Positions 35,716 to 48,900 of a stretch of 64,000 bases of DNA are shown piece by piece. Made by a program: the position numbers and the translations under genes. This stretch comes from Selaginella moellendorffii. Taxonomy: Eukaryota; Plantae; Lycopodiophyta. Every line of letters begins with the position of its first letter. The first letter of the stretch is position 1. Where the stretch lies: the NCBI RefSeq assembly GCF_000143415.4, contig NW_003314267.1, positions 3,285,407-3,349,406 on the forward strand. Reading direction: 5' to 3'. The notes beneath the pieces were generated by a model. It ran no database searches and had not been told where the DNA came from. It saw nothing but the letters and a program-made list of their open reading frames with translations.

Positions 35716-38700
35716 TGTGAGACACAAAATCCCTAGGCCCCAAAGTGGAGCCGGAAGGGTGCCATATGGTAGTGGCCGAAGCGAAAGCCAAACGAGCGTA
35801 ACACGTTTGGACTAAAAGCTCCGACTTCAAAGGTCGAGAGCGGGAGTGGAACTCCCAACAAAGTGCTCAAGGAATGAGCACGAAGCGAGCCATAAGCGAG
35901 GCTCTACAAAGAGACCCAAAGGGACCAACATATGACACGTGGAAGACTCCGAGATGAAGTCCGAGATGGATCCGAGATGGAGTCTGAGATGGACCCGAGA
36001 TGGACCCGAGATGGAGTTTGAGATGGGATCCGAGATGGAGTCCGAGATGGACCCGAGATGGAGTTCGAGATGGACCCGAGATGGAGTCTGAGATGGACCC
36101 GAGATGGAGTCCGAGATGGAACCGAGACCGGGACTGAGACTGAGACCGAGACTTAGACTGAGACTGAGACCGAGATCGAGTCCGAGTCCGAATCCGGGAC
36201 TGAGACCGAGTCCGAGTCCGAGTCCGAATCCGGGACCGAGACCGAGTCCGAGTCCGAGTCTGAGTTTGAGTCTGAGTCCGAGTCCGAATACTAATACAGG
36301 CAGTTGGGTGAAAGCCCAAAGCGTGCGTCTCCCAGGGGGGGGGGCTGCGGGGGGTTCCAAAAGTATAGTAGGGAGAGTGTGGGGGTTGGAGCCCAGTGGA
36401 GCCAGTTTGGCCAGGAAAGGCCAGTTTGGCCCAGGAAGGCCAGACCCAGTGTTGGGTGATGAGCTGACCACTGGGAAGTCCAAGACTAGAGTGAACACGG
36501 ACCGACAAGCGGGGTAGCTTGGTGAAGTGTTCAAGAGCCGGCTCTAGTTCCCCCGGGAGATCGACTGGCCGATGCTCCTAGTCCAAGTGTGGGTGGCACT
36601 ACCTACTTGGATACCAGGCGTGGCTCAACGGAACTTCACTCTAAGCCCATGGCTAGAGCACCCAAAGGTGGAAGGTGGGGAGAGTACCCAGGTGGCTTGC
36701 GTAAGGCCATGGTGTTCCGAAATGTTGTCCCAAAGGCCCAGACTGTGGAAAGGAAGAGGAGCAGTCCTCTGGGGTAGTGACCAAGGACATAGTTGTGGGG
36801 AGAGGAAGTCCCAGAGGACCGTGGGACTTAGTGGTCGGGCCTGTGGGCCTCGATTTAGTGGCAGTGTTGGCAAACATGGCCAGGGGCAGAAAGGGACTTA
36901 GTGGGGACTGACAGAGGGATATTGGGGAAGGCTGTTCCCCTTATCGGTGGGCATCCTAAGGATGCTAAGGAGTGGATCTGAAATGACCACTCACGAAGGG
37001 TCTGCCTAGTCTTGGAGAGCCAAGACTGTGATGCAAGTGGTATTGGACTACCAGAGTGGCAAAGGTGATTGAGCATGGCCTTAGCGCAACATGCTGCTAT
37101 ATTGGTGGTACCTCTGAGTGTCGGTCATGGGATCGGACACGTGGAGCACTTGGACCAGGTGCAAGGGTTGAGTGGCATGGATGCCATTCTTGGGGCTAGC
37201 AAGTCCCAAGTCCTGGATTGGACTTATGGAGGTTGTGAATGAGACTCCTCCAAGTGGTCGGAGGTGTGGTTAAGTGACTAAAGTAGAATGGAAAATTTAG
37301 TCGCTTACAACTTGGTATCGGAGCTATTCCTTAGTCCGACCTTTATTGGTGCTCAAGTATATCACCATTGGTGTTGGCATCGGAAGGTCCGATGAGTGGG
37401 CCTATCCTTGAGGAGTAGCAGGTTGGGAAGACATGGCTCTCCATTATAGTTCATGTGTGAACTTGTAGACACAGTGGTGGATAGAAAAGGGCCAATAATG
37501 GAACGACTTTGGGATCTTGGGAACAGTGCAAGGTTTTCCTCATTGAGTTGAGGAGGTGATCCAGATGAGCGTTTGACTCAACAAATTGGCTAATGTAGTT
37601 GTGGTAAACAACTATAGTTGGGATCACGGGGAAGATAGAGACTCCAGAAACAATAAAGGAGTCACAAGATTATCCTCACATAGTTGAGGTTGGTGCTCAT
37701 GAAGGTGAGACCGGAATGGATGACCGTGAGAGGTCAAGTATGGATAAGGACACGAGTCCTTGAAGTGGTAGCCAACGTTACCCTTGATAAATGCTGGAAC
37801 AACCCAAGGAGTTGGGGATGTACTTAGAGAATGAGTTGGTATTCTCATCACATGGACAAGTGGTTTTAAGAGGCAAAAGGTTGCCCCAAGAGAACAAATC
37901 AAGTGTCGGAGTAACACTTGCAAAGATGGTCCTTGTGAGTAGGACCTGAATACAAGAAGTGTATTCCAGTGAGCTGGCACCTCAAAGGTAGGACTTCATG
38001 GGTCGTCGGATGACAAAGTCCAAAAAGCTGGATGACTCCAATAGAATCAAAGAATAATCCTAAAGGATTGATGGAAGCATTTGGACTGAGGTGTGTGGTA
38101 CCCCACGAAGGATGGGGGGGATCATAGGATCCAAGGATGAGAACAGAGGGTATCTCATCGATGGCAAAATGTGTCATGCTAAAGTCATGGGAAGGGTGTT
38201 CCCAAAAGAAAAAAAATTTGAAACAAAGTTGTGTGTGACCTCTATGGTGCAGTGCTAACGGATGGTTCGCATGAGAAAGAGTGGTATTGGTCTTGGCAAA
38301 GACTTAGACACAAAGAAGAAGTGTCATAGAGGTAGGCTTGTGGAGCCGATGGTGTGGAGACACCAAAGGTGCCAAGGTGTGATACCTTGAGGCTATGTTG
38401 GTGGGTTCATGAGAACCCCTTGCCAAAGGAATCTCAATGGAAATGGGAATGGCATAGCCTAAGTTGCAGAGCATGCAGTTGGAGTGTGGTGACCCAGATA
38501 ATGATGGAGGTGTGGAAGCACCAGCAATGAGTTGTAGGACTTGACAACTATGAGGCAACTAAACAAGAGGCGCAAAATAATTGGTTAAACGGGTAGAAGG
38601 TAACTACCCAAGCCTTCTTAATGGCATGAGGAAGTTGGATATACCCTTATGGGGGATAAGTTGCTTATGTTGCGATATAGTAAGTCAATGTCATAAAAGG

Positions 38701-41700
38701 AAATACTCATTGTCAAGGAAGCCGTCATTGAGACACCCGAACACTCTAAAACACCAGGAGGTGGTGTTTGATGTCGCGAGGGCAGTAGATAAGGCCCAAG
38801 GGACTAAGTCCTTAGCAAATGATGGATAGTAGGTGCTATCCAAATGTCTAAGGTGGCGGAGACAGGAGAAGACTGTCTACTCGAATTGGACAAAGCCAAA
38901 AATGGAATTTTGGCAAGGCTAGCAATGGGCATGCAAAGGCCCGTAAGGAACAACGTAATCCCAGTGTGTGGGATTATAGGGTGAGCATACCTGGATTGAG
39001 GAACCACTCCCTAGGCTATCGGGTAGGTTCATCCCTAAGAATACTTGCTAAAGGATGATAGAAAGTGCAAAGCTATCCTCCTGGTCTGGAGGAGAATGAC
39101 TGAAGAAAGGTGTGAAGCCAAAAGCAAAAAGTAAGGGGATAGAACCGAACCATAAGAATCGAAGGGCATAACCAAGGTGGTTATGCCAGCTGAGAGTGGA
39201 GAATCAAGTGGGGGCTCGAGGGTGTTGCCGCTAGCAACCGTGATGCCATAGAGAGTCTAAAATATGGAATTGTCCATGTTAGACTATATGGTAATTGGAA
39301 AGCTTGCAAAAAGGGAGGCCTTAGCAAGCTAAAGGACAGAGTTCCTTCAAGGTTCCCAAAGAGGATTCTAGGTAGCTTAGTACCTAGAAAGGCCAAGTGT
39401 AAATGGTTCAAAGCATGCGCGAAATCAGAGTGGCGCAGCAGAAGTGTGGTCTTGAAGCTTGCCATGAGGCAAGGCTATCAAGGTTAGGGAAGTAGCTCCC
39501 GAGTGTTCAAAGAGAGGGCTTTGAACGAAAGTCGATGATCAAGGGCTTTCACGCTTGTGCAGGAACCATGTTACAGTGGTCGGAGGACTTGCCAAAGCGA
39601 GATTGGCAAGTCAGGGGAACAAATACCCTAATTGAAGGTGATAACTTCAAAAAGGGTGGGCCATGGGGCCAAGCATGGAGGAGTCCATGCATGATCACAG
39701 ACTTGTCAAGTGAGAGGACTTGGCAATGTGGAGGAACTAGGTTCCTAAGCTGTGATCTATAGCGCGCTTTAAGTATAAGTTGGTGCACCGGCTTGATGAG
39801 TCACGCCAGGCATCCTGGGTGATGCCGTCCGTAGATGCATATACGGAGGTTGGGTTCGAGTCCCGACCCTCTAGTGCTTGGGTTCGAGTCCCAACTCACT
39901 AGGGCGTGGTGATGGTTTGGAATATGAGGACACTCATATTTCGGTGGTCATGGACTCTCAGTGAGGAGACTGGTTTGGGCACACCGCCAAGCGAGGGATG
40001 CATTAGAGTCGTGATGCACGGTTAGATTGCTTAGTGTGGCTCAGCATATCTAATTTGACCACCTTGGTGCAAGTGACACCAAGGACGTGGTGAATGAGAT
40101 GGGGACACCCAATCTCAGTTGCTATGGACCCTTGGCCGGAGGGGCTGGCTTGGGCGCACCGTAAGTGTGGGGGATGCCCCCGGGGTCGTAGTTAACAAGT
40201 TAAAGGTCTGGAAGACCTAGTACCTATTGGCAAACCTGTTAAGGTGCCGAGGTGAGATCACTAGGTGATCTTGTGGCTAAATAAGGACAAGGTTTTTGTT
40301 TGGGTTAAGGAATAGGATTCCTAGTTCAAAGTGTTGATTTGAACTATTGATGATGGTGTGGCTTGGTCAAGGTGACCAAGTGGGAAAAGCACCTTAGGGA
40401 AATGAGCTATGTCATTGCGATGGCATAGTGTGTCCAAGAAAAGTAGTCTCTATAAGAGACCTATGGGAGGGTCACAAAGTTGGGCCGTGGATAAAGCCCA
40501 CATCAGAAGATTCTAAAGAGACTTACTAGGGGTGAACACCCTAGTCTTGGCAAAGCAGAGCCTTTGCTATGGAATCAAAAGAATACCTCAAGGAGGGAGG
40601 TAGAGATTCAGTGTTACTTGGTGCAACAATCAACGGATAGGAGCAAAAGATGAGTGGCCAAGTTAAGGCTGTGGAATCCCTTGGAAGGAATTCAAGTGGC
40701 AAAGTTAGGCAAGGAACACTAATGTGTTGGACGCTAACAAATTGCGGGAAAGGAAGTGTGTTTCCAAAGATGGATTCCGAATTGCTCCGATTTGGCGAAA
40801 GTGGAAGCTCCAAGGGAGGGAGCGGTAAGGTAGCCAAATGATAGGGCTATGGACAGCCCTAGCACAAAGTATGATAACTGGAACTTAGTGCCCAAGGTGG
40901 CACGAAATAGAAAAGAGGATGATGGTGCCCTCGAGTAAAGAACTTCCTAGGAGGGGAAGTGGAGTTGCACAAAATGTGCAAGGCAAGGTGTCAGAGACAC
41001 CTAGGAAATTGACTCCAAAAAGTCAAAAGTAAACATTCCAAAGTGCAAAGGTAAATCAATGGAACCTGTGACTACTCAAGAATGAGTAGTGGAATTGAGT
41101 TAGAGAGGGTGTCTCTAACGGGTTTAGCGAGAACTGAACCAATAAAAAGCAGCAAACCACCCCAGGTGGTCAAGTGAGTCTCTAAGTTGGAGAGACTATC
41201 CTCCTTAGAGGATGGGCAAGGCATGGTGAGCCTTTAGTGTCGAACCATTGACGAATATGGAGAAGGCATGGTGAGCCTTCAATGTCAAACCATTGACAAA
41301 TATTGGCTAGGGGCCAAGGATGGAAATGGTAACACATGCGGGTGTTACTTTATAAAATGGTTTACCGTTCGATGAGGACATCGAACTTCGTCTATGGGTG
41401 GTGGAGTTGTGAGACACAAAATCCCTAGGCCCCAAAGTGGAGCCGGAAGGGTACCATGTGGTAGTGGCCGAAGCAAAAGCCAAACGAGCATAACACGTTT
41501 GGACTAAAAGCTCCGACTTCAAAGGTCGAGAGCGGGAGTGGAACTCCCAACAAAGTGCTCAAGGAATGAGCACGAAGCGAGCCATAAGCGAGGCTCTACA
41601 AAGAGACCCAAAGGGACCAACATATGACACGTGGAAGACTCCGAGATGAAGTCCGAGATGGATCCGAGATGGAGTCTGAGATGGACCCGAGATGGAGTCC

Positions 41701-42960
41701 GAGATGGACCTGAGATGGACCCGAGATGGAGTCCGAGATGGAGTCTGAGATGGATCCGAGATGGGTCCGAGATGACCCGAGATGGAGTCCGAGATGGATC
41801 CCGATATGGAGTCCGAGATGGACCCAAGATGGAGTCTGAGATGGAGTCCGAGATGGAACCGNNNNNNNNNNNNNNNNNNNNNNNNNNNNNNNNNNNNNNN
41901 NNNNNNNNNNNNNNNNNNNNNNNNNNNNNNNNNNNNNNNNNNNNNNNNNNNNNNNNNNNNNNNNNNNNNNNNNNNNNNNNNNNNNNNNNNNNNNNNNNNN
42001 NNNNNNNNNNNNNNNNNNNNNNNNNNNNNNNNNNNNNNNNNNNNNNNNNNNNNNNNNNNNNNNNNNNNNNNNNNNNNNNNNNNNNNNNNNNNNNNNNNNN
42101 NNNNNNNNNNNNNNNNNNNNNNNNNNNNNNNNNNNNNNNNNNNNNNNNNNNNNNNNNNNNNNNNNNNNNNNNNNNNNNNNNNNNNNNNNNNNNNNNNNNN
42201 NNNNNNNNNNNNNNNNNNNNNNNNNNNNNNNNNNNNNNNNNNNNNNNNNNNNNNNNNNNNNNNNNNNNNNNNNNNNNNNNNNNNNNNNNNNNNNNNNNNN
42301 NNNNNNNNNNNNNNNNNNNNNNNNNNNNNNNNNNNNNNNNNNNNNNNNNNNNNNNNNNNNNNNNNNNNNNNNNNNTCCCAAAGGCCCAGACTATGGAAAG
42401 GAAGAGGAGCAGTCCTCTGGGGTAGTGACCAAGGACACAGTCATGGGGAGAGGAAAGTCCTAGAGGACCGTGGGACTTAGTGGTCGGGCCTGTGGCCCTC
42501 GATCCAAGTGCCAGTGTTGGCAAACACGGCCAGGGGCAGAAAGGGGACTTAGTGGGGACTGACAGAGGGATATTGGGGAAGACTGTTCCCCTTATCGGTG
42601 GGCATCCTAAGGATGCTAAGGAGTGGATCTAAGATGACCACTCACAAAGGGTCTGCCTAGTCTTGGAGAGCCAAGATTGTGATGCAAGTGGTATTGGACT
42701 ACCAGAGTGGCAAAGGTGATTGAGCATGGCCTTAGCGTAATAGGTTGCTATATCGGTGGTACCTCTGAGTGTCGGTCATGGGATCGGACACGTAGAACAC
42801 TTGGACCAGGTGCAAGGGTTGAGTGGCATGGATGCCATTCTTGGGGCTAGCAAGTCCCAAGTCCTAGATTGGACTTATGGAGGTTGTGAATGAGACTCCT
42901 CCAAGTGGTCGGAGGTGTGGTTAAGTGACTAAAGTAGAATGGAAAATTTAGTCTCTTACA
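35716..42960 (+). mobile_element. Family A copy 3 (younger, complete): LTRs 35716-37309 and 41408-42960, ~4.1 kb non-coding internal domain
   Basis: TG...CA LTRs that are highly similar to each other; PBS TGGTATCGGAGC at 37313-37324; PPT GGGTGGTGGAG; degenerate TSD GCATA/ACATG. No gag or pol motif in any internal ORF. Confidence 0.92.
41862..42375. other. Assembly gap (N run) within an LTR tandem array
   Basis: 514 N bases. Confidence 1.
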
Positions 42961-45900
42961 ACATGTTGGTGGTAGAGCACTCCGTGGTGGTCTCAAGTGT
43001 CGCAGAGTGTAGAATGTGGCTTCTAGTTTCACAGTGGAGTCACCTACAAGGCAGACAGCCCACAGGCAGCACCAAGCATCTGTGCTTGTAGTATTTGAGA
43101 GTGCGCTTTCGATGTTGTTTTAGCCCTTAAGGGGCATTGGGAAATAGTACATACACATTTCACCGAAGCGAAAGCCAAGTAAGCATAACACATTTAGACT
43201 AAAAGCTCTGACTTAGACAGTCAAGAGTGGGAGTGGAACTCCCAATGAAGTGCTTGAGAAATGAGCATAAAGCAAGTAGTAAGTGAGTCTCTAGAAAAGG
43301 CACATAAGAGGACTAATACATGACACATAAAAGTGTCAAGATGGAGTCTAAGATAGACTTGAGATGGAGTTTGATATAGACCTGAGATGGAGTCCGAGAT
43401 GGACCTAAGATGGAGTTTGAGTTGGATCCAAGAGGGACCCAAGATAAAGTCCGAGATGGATTTGAGATGGAGTTTGAGATGGACCTGAGATGGAGTTCGA
43501 GATGCACTTGAGATGGAGTCCAAGATGGAGTCTAACGTGGAGTCCGAGATGGACATGAGATAGAGTTCGAGGTTGAGGCTGAGAAAGTGACCGAGACCGA
43601 GATTGAGACCGAGACTAAAACTGAGTCTGAGTCTGAGTTTGAGGCTGAAAGCCCAAAGTGTTCGTCTCCCAAACCCTAGAGGGTTTGGTGAGCTACAAAA
43701 GTATAATAGAGGGAGGATTCCAATTGAGCTAGTTTAGCCAAGAAAGGCCAGTGTGACCAAGGAAGGCTATACCCACGTGTTGGGTGATGATATATCCACT
43801 AAGGAGTCCAAGGCTAAAGTGAATATGGATAGACAAATGGGGTAACTTAGTGAAGTGTTCAAAAGTTGGCTTTAGCTCCCCCGAGAGATTGAATGATTGA
43901 TGCTTCCAATTCAAGTGTGGATGGCACTACTTACTTGGATACCTTGTGTGGCTCATCAAAACCTTGCTCTAGCCAATTGGTTAGGGCACATAATAGTGGA
44001 AGGTGGGGAGAGTACCCACAAGGCTTGCATATGGCTACAGTATTTCGAAATGTTGTCCCAAAGTCCTAGGTTATGGAAAGGAAGAGGAGTAATCCTTTGG
44101 TATAGTGACCAAGGATATAGTCACATGGTGAAGAAGTACTAGAGGTTAGTAAAACTTAGTGGTTAAGCCTTTGGACCTTGATCCAGTGGTAGTGTTGGTA
44201 AACACGACTGTGGATGGAGGGGAATTTAGTAGGAATAGAAAGGAAAGTGGGGAAGAGTGTTCCCCATGTCTCTAAGCATCCTAAGGGTGCTAAGGTGTGG
44301 TCAAGGGATGACCACTTATGTATAGAGGGTCTAGTCTTTGAGAGACTTAACTGTGGTGTAAGTGGTGTTGGACCACCGGTATGACAAAGATGAATGGGTA
44401 TGGCCTTAGCATAACAAGCTAATATGTCAATGGTACCTTTGGGTGTCAGTCAAGGGATTAGATATGTGGAGCACTTGGACCAAGTGCAAAGGTTGAGTGG
44501 CATAGATGCCATTCACGAAGCTAGCAAGTCCCCAAATCCGAAATAGGACTTATGGAAATTGTGAGTGAGACTCCTCCAAGTGTTTGAAGGTATAGTTAAG
44601 TGACTAAAGTAAAATGGAAAATTTAGTTTCTTACAATTTGGTATCGAAGTTATTCCTTAATTCGACTCTTATTAGTGGCCAAATATATCATCAGTTGTAT
44701 AAGCATTGGAAGGTTCTAGGATTGGGCATATCCTCGAGGAGTAGCAATCGGAAGAACATGGCTTTTCACTCTAGTTCATGTGTGAGCTTGTATACAATGT
44801 GGTGGATAGAAAGGAGCTAGTAAGGGAACAACTTTGGGTTTTTTGGAACAGTATAAAGTTTTCTTCAGAGAGTGAGGATATGATCTGGATGAGCATTTGA
44901 CTTAGCAAACTGGCTAATATAGTGGTAAACAACTATAGTGGGATCATAGGAAAGATAAAGACTCCAAAACAATAAGAGAGTCAAAAAATTATTTTCATAT
45001 AGTTGAGGTTAATGCTCATGAATTTAATACTAAAATTAATGACCATGAAAGGTCAAATATGGATGAGGACACAAGTCCTTGAAATGGTAGCTAGGGCTAC
45101 CCTTTAATAAATACTAGAACAAACCCAAGGAGTTATGAGTGTATTTAGAGGATGGGTCGGTATTTTTATCTTATGGACAGATAGTCATAAGGGGCAAAGG
45201 TAGCCCATAAGAAATGAAAAATAATCAAATGTCGGAATAACATTTGCAAAGATGGTCCTTATGAGTAGGATATGAATACAAGGAGTTGTATTTTAATAAA
45301 CTAGCATCTCAAAATAGCCAAGAGGTTAGGATTTTATAGATTGTCAAATTAGCAAAGTCCAAAAAGCTAGATGACTCGAGTGGGGTCAAAAAATGGTCCT
45401 AAAGGACTGATAGAAGCATTTGGATTGAGGCATGTTGCACCCTACAAAGGATGAAGAGCATTATAAGATCCAAGTATAAGAACCGTGGGTATCTCATTCA
45501 TAGTAGAATATGCCATACTAAAATTATAAAAAAGGTGTTCCTAAAAGAAAGCAACTTTGGTGTAGAATTATATATAAACACTATGGTGCAATGCTAACTG
45601 ATAATTGGTATGAAAAACGACTACTTTGGTCTTAGCAAAAACCTAGACACTAATAAAAAGTGTTGTAAGGGTAGGCTCGTAGAGCCAATGGTGTGGAGAC
45701 ATCAAATATGCCAAGATGTGATGCCTTAAGGTCAAGTTAGTGGGCTCTTGCCAAATAAATCTCAATGAAAATGAAAATGGCATAACTTAAGTTGGAAGAC
45801 ATGTAGTTAGAGTGTGGTAACTCAAATAATGATAGAGGTGTGGAAGCACTAACAATGAGTTATAAAACTTGACAACTATGAAACAATTAAGCAAAAGGTG

Positions 45901-48900
45901 CAACATAATTGATTGGATTGGTAAAAGTTAACTACCCAAGACTTTTTATTGTCAATGTTGAAAAAGGAAATATTCGTTATCAAAAAAAATAATCATTGGG
46001 ACACTTAAATACTCTAAAACACTAGGAAGTGGTGTTTGGTATCATAAGGGCATTAAATAAAGCCCAAAGAACTAAGTCCCTAGCGAATAATGGATAAAAG
46101 GTGTTATTCAATGTCCAAGATTGCGGAGATGAGAAAAGTCTATCTATCTAAATTAAACAAAACCAAAAAGGATTTTGGCATGGTTAGCACTTACCTTTAA
46201 CATCACATGTTCCATATGGCAATTAGAAAGCTTGCAAAAAGGGAGGCTATAGCAAGTTAAGGGACAAAGTCCCTTTAAGGTTCCCAAAAACAATTTTAGA
46301 TAGGTTAATACCTAGAAAGACATGTGTAAATGGTTTATAAGAACACATGAAATTCAAGTGGCGTAGTAAAAGCATGATCTTGAAGCTTTCTATGAGGCGA
46401 TACTATCAAGGTTGGGGAAGTAGTTCCTAAGTGTTCAAAGAAATGGCTTTGAACGAAAGTCAATGGTTAAAAACTTTCACACTTATGCTAGAATCCATAT
46501 TATGCTAGTTGGGTGACTTGCTAATCTAGATTGGCAAGTTGGGGAAACAAAGACCCTAATTGATGGTGTTGATTTCAAAAAGGGTGGCTCATGAGGCCAA
46601 GCATAAAGGAGTTTATGTATTATCACAGATTTGTTAAATAAAAGGACTTAGCAGTTCGGAGGAACTAAGTTCCTAAGATATGATCCGTAACGTGTTTTGG
46701 GTATAAGTTGGTGTATTGGCATAGGAAGTCACGCTAGGCATCTTAGGTGATGCCATCTGTAAATGCATATACAAAGGTTGGGTTCGAGTCCTAACCCTTT
46801 AGTGTTTGGGTTCGTGCCCAAACTTACTAGGGCGTAGTGATGGTTTGGAATATAACGACACTCATTTTTTGGTAATCATGGACTCTTAATGAAGAAATTT
46901 GCTTGGGCACACCACTAAGTGGGGGATGCCTCGGAGTTGTGATGCATAGTTAAATTGCTTAATGTGAAAGCTTATCATATTTAATTTGAACACTTTAGTG
47001 CAAGTGGCACCAAAAGCATGGTGAATGAGATAGAGACACCCAATCTTAGTTTCTATGGATCCTTAGCCATAAGGGTTGGCTTGGGCATATTGCCAAGTGT
47101 GGAGGATGCTTCCGGGGTCATAGTCAACACCTTAAAGGTCTAGGAGACTTAGTTTTTATTAGCAAATCTGTTAATGTCAAAAGGAGATCACTAGGTGATC
47201 TTGTAGCTAAATAAGGATAAAGTCTTTGTTTGGTTAAAAAAATGAGATTCTAGTTCAAAGTGTTGATTTGAACTATTAGTAAAAGTGTGACTTAGTCAAG
47301 GTGACCAAGTAGAAAGGACACTTAAGAGAAATGAATGGTGTCAATGCGATGGTATGATGAATCTAAGAAAGTAGTCTCTAGAAAAGATCCATGAGAAGGT
47401 CACAAAGTTAGGCTGTGGATAGGCCTACAGCAGGAAATGCTAAAAAAACATGTTAAGAGTGAACACCTCTAGACTTGGCAAAGCAAAACTTTCGCTATGG
47501 AATTGAAAGAATACCTCAAGGATGGAGGTAGTGATCTTATGTTGTTTAGTGTAATAATCAAAGGATAGAAGCAAAAGACTAGTGCCCAAGAAAAGGCCAT
47601 GAAATTCATTATAAGAAATCCAAAAGGCAAAGTTAGTTGAAGAACACTAATGTATTGAATATTAACAAATTGTGGGAAAGGAAATATATTTCAAAGGATG
47701 GATTCCCAAATGCTTCAATTTGGCAAAAGTAAAAACTCCAAGGGAGGGAGATGCAAGGTAGCCAAATGACAAGGTTGTGGACAGCTCTAATACAAATTAT
47801 GATAATTAGAATTTAATGCTAAAGGTGGTATGAAATAGAAGAGAGGACAATAGTGCCCTTAAGTAGAGAACTTCTTAGGATAGGGAAGTGGAGATTGCAC
47901 AATATATGCAATGCAAGGTGACAGAGGCACTTAAGAAAATGATTTGAGAAGTCAATATAAAAGTTCCAAAGTGTAATAGTTATTTTGATAGAAACTGAGA
48001 TTACTTGGGAATAAATAGTGGGATTAAGATAAAGAAGATATCTCTAACAGGTTTAACAAGAACTAAACCAAATAAAGGGAGAGAACCACCAAAAGTGGTT
48101 TAATGAATCTCTAAGTTGGAGAGACTATACTCCCTAGAAGATAGGCAAAGCATGGTGAGCTTTCAATGTCGAACCATTGACAAATATTAACTTAGTGCCA
48201 AGGATGAATATGGTAATCCATTATGGGGTTACTTTATAAAATGGTTTATTATTCGATGAGGATATCGAATTTGTGGTGGAGTTGTGAGATATAAATCCCT
48301 AAGCCCCAAAGTGGAATCAAAAGGGTGCCACATGGTATTGGCCAAAACAGAAGCCAAACAAGTGTAACACATTTGGACTAAAAGCTTTAACTTTGATAGT
48401 CGAGAGTGGGAGTGGAACTCCCAACAAAGTGTTTAAAAAACAAGCACGAAGCAAGCAATAAGTGAGTCTTTAAAAAAGGGAGACAAGAGGATTAATACAT
48501 GACACATGGAAGTGTTGAGATGGAGCTCGAGAAGGACTCCAAGAAGGAGTTCAAGATAGAGTCCGAAATACACTTGAGAAGGAGTCCGAGATGGAGTCTA
48601 AGGTGGACCCAAAATAGAGTTCGAGATGGACCCGAGATAGAGTTAGAAATAAAGTCTGAGAGGGACCCGAGATGGAGTCCAAGGTTGAGGCCGAGAAAGA
48701 GACTAAGACTGAGACCAAGATCGAGACCGAGACCGAGACCGAAACCGAGACTAAGACTGAGTTTGAGTCCGAGTTCAAGTCCAAATCCAAGTCCAAGGCT
48801 GAAAGCCCAAAGCATTCATCTCCCAGACCCTAGGGGGTGAACTCTAAAAGTATAGGAGGAGGAAGATTCCAGTGGAGTTAGTTTGGCTAGGAAAGGCTAA

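Larger units (their letters stand above)
35039..43162. mobile_element. Unclassified ~880 bp insertion (35039-35715 + 42961-43162) in the outer LTR, itself hosting family A copy 3
   Basis: Non-family-A sequence between duplicated host bases CCGAAATAGAAGCC / CCGAAGCGAAAGCC; it ends ...CATTTCA. Confidence 0.6.

Noticed and set aside
35946-36290. CRISPR-like regular repeat array
   Set aside because: The units are contiguous with no unique spacers, there are no cas genes, and the context is a eukaryotic LTR.
39840-39900. tRNA gene
   Set aside because: B-box only; no cloverleaf or clear A-box.
40650-40841. Possible zinc-knuckle relic (CW...CGK) in the family A internal domain
   Set aside because: Spacing is wrong and the His and last Cys are missing, which is insufficient to call gag.
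41519-42523. 260-334 aa ORFs
   Set aside because: Artefacts of the N gap.
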